64,000 nucleotides of DNA, from contig NC_134025.1 in assembly GCF_964204645.1 (NCBI RefSeq), positions 30,856,299-30,920,298 on the forward strand, given 5' to 3'. A program made the translations under genes and the position numbers. The DNA is from Tubulanus polymorphus. Taxonomy: Eukaryota > Animalia > Nemertea. The notes below the pieces were generated by a model that saw only the letters and a list, made by a program, of their open reading frames with translations, was not told the DNA's origin and did not search any database. This document shows positions 53,901 to 64,000 of the stretch, piece after piece (within the stretch, counting starts at the first letter, position 1; each line of letters begins with the position of its first letter).

Positions 53901-56900
53901 TCGATCTTTAGTTTCACATTTTCTTTCAGTTCATCTTTAATCAACTGTTTGAACAATGTCTTCCAAAATGAGTTCATCAAAACGACGACTGTTTCTTCAA
54001 CGGTTTCTGAGATAAGAATGTTAAAACACACATAAATAAATGAACATTTTACAGGTGAAAATATAAAATCCTATAATAAGAATGAAATATCATCCAAAAT
54101 GTTTCCGAAATGGATTTTTTTACTTCATCCTTATTGCAGGAATTCGATTGTTTGTTGAGTTTCATCAATGATTATTTATTAATGGATGAATTCATTAAGA
54201 CGAGGACTTACTGCGGCATGTTGTATCTCTTGAGACATGTTTCAAATACGTATCGATCAGTTGAAGATATTTGAGTTTATTTGATGTTTTCAGATTGTTC
54301 GATTTGATCCAGTTACTGACACTTTCTAAACATTTTGGAGACTGTTTTATAACGGTTCTAACTATATTCATTCTGATCGCTGATTCTGCTGAAAGCTCCA
54401 ACAGTTCAATAAACAACTTCTCGTCGACACGGAGACAATAATTCGGAAATACGACTACAAGTTTATCGATGACACGCAGTAAATTATCATCGCAGCTTTC
54501 GGCAGACGACAATTCAAGGAAATTATTCATTGCCCCAAGTGAAAATGGAAGAGGGTTTGAAATCTGCGATGATCTGTCATTCAATAAACACTGCAGTAAA
54601 TCTACTATCAGTGTTTTAATCGATGTTATTTCTGTGTTCTGCTGTTGTCGTTCGCGCAATAGTTTCAATAACAATTCCACCATTTCAACAATCAGACCGG
54701 TATCCATGGATACGCGGAACGGCTCAATCAAATCGAATAAAGATTCGATATTATCGTCAAGATTTTTTAAAGAATGTTTGATTTTGTTGATGTACGGATC
54801 AGTGAAATCTTTATTCAATGTAAGATTCTGTGAATTCATCATAGCCACGAGTTTAGACAGTTTGCGCGAGATGATTTTCTTCCTATTTTGATGCGGATCA
54901 TTGGATGTTGGTATGAAATTGTCGATGACGCAGGGATGAGTGAGAATTGTACGACACATTTGAAGTTTTATCGCGACACCGTCCTCATCGCTCTTAATCT
55001 CTGATGTCAACAACGTAATCAGTAATTCAAACGTAGTATTCACAATTTTCTCGAAGTCTTTATTCTCCTGAAATTCAAATTGGGATTGAAATATAGGGTT
55101 GACCTTGGGTAATACAACAACTTATCCAAATAACGACTGCTCCTTGTTTTTTTTATGTAAAGTTAAAATCACTTACTATGTTTGAACTGCAGACGTGCTG
55201 TAGACAGAATAGTAAATGTTTAGTCGTAAGAACAGTTTCACCGAGCGAAACTGATTTCACTTGTTTCAATAACTGTTCACACGTTTCACTATAAACTAAA
55301 CTTTTCATTCCATGTAACAAACAATTCTTCAAAGAGCTACTGAAATCTCGACAGTTTGAAATTGCTGACAACATCGACTTCTTTTTCGAGACCTTCAAAT
55401 ACAGAATATTCAGAAATAAACTTTTAAACATGTCTTCATAATCTAGACACAGTTCTACAGCTCTTGGCCAAGTTTGACTACAAGAGTTAAATCAGTTCAA
55501 TCATAAATATCAGCTATTCCTTTCATGAGTCAATTCTTATGGATGTAGGTCATGAGATGAACGTAGGAACATGATATACTTACAGTGGGAGGGGCTTGAT
55601 GGTTTAACAGTTTGATGTATTTGAATAACGACCAATCAGACGTGATCTTTTCGTAAGAGGAAATAACGCGACAGAAAGAATCGGGTTGAAATTGTGTGAA
55701 TAAAATATCAATCAAAACGACGGATAAATATTCATGAATTACGTCTGCAAGAAAACAAATAAACATTTTAAAAAATTTTTTTTTGAACAGTTTTATGAGA
55801 AAAAAATTTACTTGTTTCAAAGATAAATGAAAACTGAGACACTCTAAACATATTGAGTACAGAGGACTCTATTTAACTGGTGCCGCAAATAATCACCGAA
55901 TTCCATAGAAAATTTTACAAATTTTTACCTGAACAAGAAACTTTCTCATCTTTCACACATTGTAAACAAGCAGTGACTAAAACACTGAACGGTAATCTGT
56001 AATATATAAGAGAGAAATACACGTAGAAGATCCGGTTTCACAGCTTCAGCAAAAACATCAAACTCTATAGGGTTAAACTTAATATCCAACAACTGATTCC
56101 AGAACAACTCATGCAATGAAATAGATTGAATTCATTGATATGTTACCTGTTGTTTGTATCTGTGACTGGTTTTGATTTTGGTTTCCCAGAAAACGGAGGA
56201 ATAGTAGAATTCACTGTAGATTTCCTCAATGCTGCAGAATGATATGAGATTTTACTCATAGAAATAAACACTTTAAAACAATCTAAAACATCAGAAACAT
56301 GACTTACATTTTAATAGTTCATCTATGTTATTTTTGTCCTGTTTTTGAGTTGAAGTTGAAATTTGTGTCGAGGAGACGGATTCCAAAATCAGATCAATGA
56401 ATAAATGAGGACTCGCGATAATAGATTGAAATATCGTGTCTAAGAATGCGAGAATCTCAGATTGAGATTGTTTCTTATCGTTTAAATGATTCAACCAGAT
56501 CAATAATTCATCCTCTTTTCCTTCGAAGTTTCCCATTTTCACCAACACCTGAAATCAAAATTCACAAAATATAAAAAATCTCGATCTTGATTCACAATTG
56601 CCGACCAACAATTCAACTAGGGTTGAAAACTTCAGAACTAGGGTCCAGTTTCACATAAATGCTTTTAACTATTAAATTGATACAATTTCTTCATTAATTC
56701 AGATTACAATGAATTGTTTTTTAGTTCATCATTTCTATGAAATTGAACCGTGCTCCGGTGAATCAGGTATGAATTTTAGTAGATCAATAAATTGTCAGTA
56801 CCTTCACTGTGAGTTTTTGTATTTCTGTAAACTGTTTTGTATTCTCAGGTGGAATCATAGTGAACATGTGTAACACTATAAAACTCAAACACTTATCATT

Positions 56901-59900
56901 GATCTAAAATAAAACAAAGATTTATTTAATATGAGACAAAAATTCCATCCAGACCGTGGGCAGCACGCTTGCCACAGAGCTGACAAAATATCTAAAATTT
57001 TCCTATTCCAATTCAATGACGTCCACCAATTCCAACTGCTCCGGAATTTATTCGGTACTACGAGTTGAGGTGAGGACGCACAGTCTACTGTATTTACAAA
57101 TCATACTGTTATATACCTTTGTCGTCCAAGGAATAATTCTTGCGTCCACTTTACTCAAAATGGATAGAACTTTACTGTATAAACAGGTAAGTTCTTCACT
57201 GCTGCTCCCGCTGCTGCTGCTGCTGCTGCTGTTCTCATCAGATAACTCCATCACAGTAGACAGAATGATACTCAGTATTGTCTCCCACGTAGAATCAAAC
57301 GACTGAAAGAAATCTTGATGCAGCAGAATTGTATCTAAAAGTGTCGACATCCGTTCGATCTGCGAAGGCTTCGGTAAATCTGAAAATCCACGAGAAAATA
57401 TCTTAAAATCAAGCAATAAATTCTCAAGATCCAGTTCTATAGTTTATTGACTATTGAGTTAAAATCAGTTTGTTTGAGAACTGTGGAACCGACTCCAGGA
57501 ATCAGTTCCTCTGTTAGGCCCCAAAGTTTGAATCTAGAATTAAAACTGTAGCCTATTTCAATGCATTAAATATAGAGACACATTATACACGGGGAACTAT
57601 GGAACTGAGTTCTAGGGTAGGCTTTATAGTCAAGTTCCAACTCTAACCAGAGGGTTAACTCAGACTTTAAATCCAGGTCCACAGTTTTAGGTTTGACTCT
57701 TTAAGTTAAAGTTAGTTCATTTCCGATGTCCTAATTCTCAATTGTTAACCTATGAACTGTTGAACTGATTAATAAAATTGATTGACGTATATTACGGACC
57801 TGAAGAGATGTCACTGTTGTCTTCTTTTTTCTCTTTGTTCGATGAACTTTTCCAATGAACTGTTAACGTTTTTGCATCAGGCAAATACTGAAATTAAAAT
57901 CATCGTTTCAATGTATATGATCAGTTAGATTAGTTCCCAAACATCCCCTTACATCGTCTGGTATTCATACAGACCTTGTACATGTGCTGTTGAAGTAGAT
58001 GTTTGAATTGAAGTCTCCTTGAATTCTGATAATTCAGTTGATCGTACAAATTTACAACATGAATACAACTTCTCAATATACACTGCATAAACTGCATCAG
58101 GATATTCTCCTCGAAAACAGACGCCGGTTGCTTCTTCTGTAAATACACAAATCAATCACTCATTTCTCGAACTCCAGCGTTTGAAATTCTATTTTTACAA
58201 CAGGTTGTAACAATATCAACGTCTAACACATTGTTTCGAACTATTGAAACAAATACAGCAGTACAATGAAGCTGGTTTTTGGTTTCTTCACACTTTCAAT
58301 ATCTACAACATTGAGCTGAAACTTTTTACTTTCAAACCAAAGCCCCTAAACTGTGGAACTGGACTTGCATTATTTTACTTGAAGAAGGTAAATTCTGATT
58401 GATTGTAAACACGAACCTTCAGCGCTTGAGTGACTGCGATATCTTTAGGCGGAAAAATACAATTCAAACATCGAGAAATTTGTTTCTCGATCGAGGAATT
58501 TTGTTGAAGGATAAATTGAAGCAAGGAGTCATCGGTAACAGTGAACACCTGAATATTAAACACACAGAAAAATCATTAGTCATAGAATATTCGAGATACC
58601 TTCTAATCCCCCGCTAAATATAAAACAAGTCGAAAATATTCCCTTGTTGTTATAAGATGAAATGATTAAGAATTATGTCCCTAATAGTGCAATTTCAATA
58701 ATTTCAAACTGGATTTAACAAACTATTAGTTAACAAACAGATTTTCTAGTAGCCTGAAGTTTACTATAACAAGGTTCAACTGTAGTTATCTTCAGAAATA
58801 CTGCTAAACTATTAGCTCAAGGAAACATTTCAGACCATTTTTCAGAAAAATAGTGTGGGATTTTAAATCATCAATTTACAACACAGATTCGCAGTGTTTC
58901 ATCGATGGTTACCTTCTGTAGAAATTGAATACAAAGTTTCCAGTTAGTAGTCGGTCTAGGGACGAATAGATGATTGACCGTCATTATATATTTGGATGTC
59001 AGATCAGGAGAACCTTTCAATATTCCTAGCAGTAATTCCTGTAAATTTCCCTCTATTTGTGGTTGTTTTATGTGAACAATGAAATTATACAGAGTATCAT
59101 TCTCAACTCTGAAATTAACAAAGTATACATTCATTACTAAACGCACAAGAATAAATAAATCATGGGTCAGTGGCTCAAAAACTGGTTAATGTTTACCAGT
59201 TGCAGAGAGCTGACATCAAAACAGCATTGTGACCACCGTGCATTTAACGAGGCTTCGAACAACTGACCCCAGATAAAAACATGTTGCTTCTTACTTTGTA
59301 TTGTTCCCGGTTGAGATTTCTTTGAAAATGATTCCTAGTTTTGGAGAACAGCATAATTCCATCATCAACGGATGAACGAGATTTCGGATGAATTTTTTAT
59401 CATCGGTATCTTCTTCAACATCCTGAATTATACAGAATTATTCATTAAACGCAATTCACACAAACTTGAAGAGGATTGTTCATGTTACAAGCACAGTAGA
59501 TCAGAGGCAAACGTGCAGTCTACTGTTTAACTTTCATACCGCTAGAATTTCCAGTTTTGCAAAGTTTTTCCTCTTTCCTCCTTTCTTTGGTTTATCGCCG
59601 ATGGTGGTTTTCGATTGTGGACCTTTCCAGTTATACAGTTGACAAAGCTGCACGAGAACATCAGTGGAGAATATTCTTAATTTCAGAGTCTTCATTAAAC
59701 CAGGATTCTTCACAATCTGCAATTCAACAAAAATCAAACTCATAGAATACGATATAATATTATTGAATTTCATCTAAATGAAAGTCACGAGTTATAGAGA
59801 GGAGCCATTTTAACTTGGTGCCAAAACCAATAATTGTGACTGGTAGTTCTGATGTGTAGGTTAATTCATTCGAATTAGAAATACTAGCTTTTACTACTAG

Positions 59901-62897
59901 TGCACAGAGTAGCTACATCAGGCTAATGAATAAAGACCATGGAGAAACAACAACAGTAGTTATACTAAATGACATTAGAGAAGACTGAGTGAGCAGGAGA
60001 CTTTACTCATTTACCTGATGAATCTAATATGCGCTGCGCAGTAGTAAAAACTCTGATTTCAAATAAAATTTGTTAACCTTCATCAGTTAATTCCTCATGT
60101 TTGCTGAATGTTACTTAAAACGTATCTCAAAGTTCTATCTAAAAATCAAAATTCTATCAAAAACAACAAACCTTTTCATGAATGATAGGAATAATTAACT
60201 GTATTGTACTAATCTTCTCATACATCAATCCAGGGAAAATACTTTGAAATATTCTTCCTGCAAAACATCATTAAATTCATTGTTACAAAACGTGGATAAT
60301 TTCACTACATTTTATCGAAAACAATTTATGAACAATAAATGTTGTACGTTTAATAAAATACGAACCTGGAAGTGATAGAAACTGTTTAATAATTGCGTTA
60401 TTACCAGTAATAAGAAACGCCATAAAGAAATGAGTAATTGCAAGTTTTACATCCTAGAAAAACAGAAATAAATCAAAGTATATTGTAAAAGATAATAGTG
60501 ATGTATAAATCATAGTGTCCATAAGCAGGTGTGGATCGAGGGAGTTTTGTACAAAAACCATCAAATATTTTGAGTTGAGCTTTTTAAATGAACTCTTTAA
60601 CTTGCTACTGCCTTGTTATATTAATAATGAATCTTATAAATTTCTCATTTTATGAGGACAAGTTTTCTACTTGGAAATGCTGTAAAAGGCATGTGATGCC
60701 TTAATTACGAATAAACCTCCAAGTATACATTTTTAATGACCAAAAATACCCTTATTGTCTTCAGAAGAAGTCCTTGAATCCACTTCTGATGAGCTTTATA
60801 AAAAAGAAAACGGTGTTTTAAATTTGGTGAAGTGAACGCCAAGTTGATGTATATTTTACCTGACTGCAATTTTTATCCATTGTTAAAAGTTCCGCGATTT
60901 CTTGCATTTTAACTTGAGATAAAATCGTAGAAACGGCTCGTCCAGTTTGAGAAATGATCGTCGATAGCAACGATAACGCCGCTATTTTAGGAATCGATGT
61001 TTTCGATCTCGTGAAAATGTAATTGATACAATTTAAATGATTCGTCAATAATTGACTGATGATTTCCTGCGATATTTTCTTGAACGAAGTCAAATCATCG
61101 GCGATTCTGATCAAGATACATTCGAGTAGTTGAAAAATGAGACCGATCTGAAAAATTAAAATTCATGTTTAAATGTAGAGTTAAAACCCACTAAATACCG
61201 ATGAAATGATTAAAACAAAATTAATTCATCAAGACTAAAATCAAAGACACAACGTCTCAGACTTTGGAATATCTTTTTAGAGCCAAACCTGACAATGGTC
61301 TCTGCGGAGTAAGTTCGAAACGTCATATCTTTTTATGTTTTTAAGTTTGTATATTTGTTTTATCGCCATGTTTAAATATCATTCTTTATCCAGTAAAAGG
61401 AGAATTTTATTACTGTAAGTAAGAAGTGACTAACTTGATGAGGAGGTCTTTTCTGCAGTAGAACATTAAATATTTGGCTGCATCCACCTCCGTGTTGACA
61501 AAATCCAGCAACGATGTCATATTTCACTTTATTTGGAAAATCTTTTGCAGATTTAATGAACTTTTCAACAGCTGAAACAAAGTGAGATTGTCAGTGTAAT
61601 CAACCACGCCCACTGCAGCACTGAATCAGCAAATATCCAGCAAGTCATATATCACTGCACATAGCCACATTGACGTATATAGAAATGAGTTTATTGTGGG
61701 GACTGAAGCTTTTATTAAGGTTTATAGAGTGATTGAGTGACTGGAAAACAAATCAAAATCCAGAATTGAGGAATATTCTTTACGGTTAAGGTTACGTAAA
61801 CCGCGTAACCCTAGTTGTGGCCTGTTTATGCAAATCAGACCAATCACACCCAGGGCTAGTAAACAAGCTAACCCCTGGTGTGGCCTTGATGATTATATCA
61901 GCTGACCACCTTTAAACCAATCAGAACTTGCCTCAGGGTTAGTCCACTCTAACCCTAGGTAAAACAGCAGAGTGGTGACAACCTACCAACAACCACAGGG
62001 CAAGAATGGACTACCCTAGGATTATACCACCTGAGGTCAATGGAATAACCCTAACCCTAGGGCTATTACACCTGAGTAAGGGTTAGTCCATTCCAATCAT
62101 AGGTGAGGGAAGTTAATTCAAATTAGGTGACAAACTATAGACAAGTCACAATCTTAAACACCTTCCAAGGGGAAACACCTTCCCAGGGGATACTCATGTT
62201 TACAGTGGATAATACACTACAATCATCAGAAATCATTGGAATTTTTCTAAACTCTTTTCAATATTTACAGAACTAGTCGTATAGGATAATGATGAATATA
62301 CTACATTTGAGTATTTCTGACTGAAGAAAGATTGAATAAATTTTGAGATACGAGCCCCGGATCAAAATCTCATCAGTCACCAGAGTATAGTTTCCCACTA
62401 TGTGGCGCTAGTGTTACTAAGGATTTAGGGTTATGGTAGAGATAAAGCACATAACCATTGGGGACAAAGTTCACGCTTTACATCTCACACAACCCCCAAA
62501 TGTAATCCTATCAGGCTAGAACTTTTGAAACCGAATTATTATTCAGAGTGGCCTGATACAACCAGTTACCCACAGTATCGGATGTTAGAATACACCGGTC
62601 TGGATGATTGCCCAACCCTGCTCGCCAGGTCTATCGTCCTGATAGCACTGGATACGTACCCAGTAAGATGTATTTCTCATCATTAATAAGTACATTGAAT
62701 TCAACCTCAGTGAATTCTCCATCTATCAATTCTTCACCCTCGATCTGTTTCTCAGGAACAGCGGGAGCAGCTTCCAGTTCTCCATTCTCAGTATCATCGT
62801 CCACATTATCCGATGATTTGTTTAATTGTTTCGAATGTTTCTTCTTTTTTATTAATGCTGTATTGTTTTGGTCATCAGATATTTTCCTTTTAGCCAT
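41966..62897 (-). CDS. URB1: Nucleolar pre-ribosomal-associated protein 1 (URB1/Npa1), many exons
   Basis: Basic N-terminus MAKRKISD..KKKKH. Conserved C-terminal motifs SLLAAYNATLS, PFFWGQKA, YDPCFLLPLF, CLSYIFTALSSYDATMRGAAY, MYKNVMDFIL.QP.ID..KVPEFFKLF and WMLVLLCDGLR..DDY. Consistent splice phases; stop at 41966-41968. Confidence 0.9.
45615..46699 (+). CDS. Nested antisense gene: single-pass transmembrane adaptor-like protein (3 coding exons)
   Basis: MSSPNA-G|gtgag; GLIVGVTIPILLLVAIGIGLIWWFWL-R|gtaag; RKKVQC.. followed by a ~200-aa acidic tail with YEKW, IYEDP, YNSP, YVDD and EPIYAQVNK. Phases 1 and 2 match. It lies inside URB1 intron 44901-52055. Confidence 0.8.
46701..47182. repeat. 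23-bp minisatellite (CACAGTGGTGGTGGTACCTCATA), ~21 copies
   Basis: Homogeneous tandem array starting immediately after the nested gene's stop codon. Confidence 0.97.
47388..51629. repeat. 4.2-kb G-rich satellite of 14/15-bp units (GTTGAGGGAGGGAG / GTTGAGGCGAGGGAG)
   Basis: Continuous array with rare variants (TTAAG, GAGGAAG, GGGTGG). Confidence 0.98.
53116..53242. mobile_element. MITE with CAGTAGACTCCG termini (Tc1/mariner-pogo-like)
   Basis: TA|CAGTAGACTCCG ... CGGAGTCTACT inverted ends within a URB1 intron. Confidence 0.55.
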
Positions 62898-63238
62898 TGA
62901 AACTTATAGAAATTGTCACTTAATTAATTACTTTTACACACGTGGAAAAAATGTTGGGAGATGTTTTGGCGCAACGACCTTGAAATAACGGGGATAGCTA
63001 GCCTTCACCGAAAAAGATAAAGCTCGGATCTGGTCGTACTACCGCGATGTGAATGGAATGCCCTGATGGGATTGATATACTCGGAGCTACCCATTTCTCG
63101 ATTCACTAACTAACGGAACAGGATTTTCATATGGATGTTAGGTAGCGCTGTTGACAGTAAGTAATGATTCAATGATTCACGGTCTGCTGATAATTAATTT
63201 TTGAAGTAAAAAGAAGGTTTTAAATACGATTCGTAAAA
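62898..63238. promoter_or_regulatory. Putative bidirectional promoter URB1/CHMP1B
   Basis: Divergent start codons only ~340 bp apart. Confidence 0.6.
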
Positions 63239-63516
63239 ATGTTTGGTGGTGGAAACAATTTAGAAAGTATCCTTTTATTAGAAATAGCTGTAAGAATGAG
63301 GAGGAGAGGGTCTTCTGGCACTCTCAATCAACTGAGTGTCAATAATCCGAATATTGGAATAAACATAATAAATGAATTTTATTGCTGAGAATGGTTAATC
63401 CTTCATAACAAACCGCAGAGGAACTTTTCAACTTGAAGTTTGCTGCTAAGAATCTGGAAAGATCGTCAAAAAAATGTGAGAAAGAAGAGAAAACTGAAAA
63501 ACTCAAGCTTAAAAAG
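63239..63516 (+). CDS. CHMP1B: Charged multivesicular body protein 1 (CHMP1B-like), first two exons; continues beyond the window
   Basis: MFGGGNNLE-K|ELFNLKFAAKNLERSSKKCEKEEKTEKLKLKK|gtag matches the CHMP1B N-terminus (LFNLKFAAK.L.R..KKC.KEEK.EK.K.KK). Confidence 0.9.
63267..63418 (+). other. U12-type GT-AG intron (CHMP1B intron 1)
   Basis: Donor GTATCCTTTT; branch-like TCCTTCATAAC shortly before CAG; no polypyrimidine tract; phase 1 splice is in frame. Confidence 0.85.
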
Positions 63517-64000
63517 GTAGGCCTAAATCAAATTGAAGAAGAAGTTTATTAACACCTGTATTAACAAATGATGTATGCGATTTGTAGATTAGTTTTTAAA
63601 CAGGGGTTGTAAAGTTGTAGTAGTCGGTAACCTATCTGTGGTTTAGTTTCGCGATAGCAGTTTCACAAACCACAAAGGCCTACATACAGATCGTTAAAGC
63701 TTACCATCAACAGGGTAGTAGTAGTCTGAATACCAGTCTTATGGTTTATGGGTCCCCTTAGTCAGTAACCTGTCTGTGGTTTAGTTTCACGATCAGATAT
63801 TTTCACAAGTTCGTATAAGCCCATCCGATTATAAAAAGCTTACCACCAACGATTAGGGTTCCCCTTAGTTAGTCTGAATGCCAGTCGTTGTTACAGGTTT
63901 CCTTGTTTGGGGAACAACGGCTAGGTACTAGACCAGGGTTGTAATTAACAAGTAATTAGTCATCTGGGCCCGGTTTTATAGACTGGTATTAACATTAACC

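Noticed and set aside
60785-61330. Further hammerhead-like strings (CTGATGAG..GAAAAC at ~60787; CTGACAA..CGAAACGTC at ~61289)
   Set aside because: Core boxes or helix II are broken; at most decayed remnants.
41966-62897. Intronic C/D snoRNAs in URB1, SRP54 or STIP1
   Set aside because: No properly spaced RTGATGA..CTGA pair with a terminal stem was found by eye on the sense strands; a snoscan/Infernal run would be needed.

Overview
AT-rich, intron-dense animal genomic DNA, probably an invertebrate; the species cannot be fixed from the sequence. Housekeeping genes flank the window: SRP54 (-), STIP1/Hop (+) and POLE2 (-) on the left, and URB1 (-) with the 5' end of CHMP1B (+) on the right. Between POLE2 and URB1 lies a ~27 kb duplication-rich island. 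It holds three intronless rhodopsin-type GPCRs plus a truncated fourth, an ApoD-like lipocalin, a single-Ig-domain membrane protein, and two paralogous type II membrane SEA-domain genes that carry a repeated 6-Cys module and completely different low-complexity linkers. A 7.2 kb URB1 intron hosts an antisense nested gene resembling a transmembrane adaptor with an EPIYAQVNK motif, followed by a 23-bp minisatellite and a 4.2 kb G-rich satellite with a 1041-bp higher-order repeat. Also present are two U12-type introns (POLE2, CHMP1B), a fold-back element containing a minimal hammerhead-like motif, a 73-bp tandem repeat with Pol III B-box-like sequence, and many MITEs, several with CAG target duplications. 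Exon structures were assembled by eye, so boundaries are approximate unless stated. No database searches were run.
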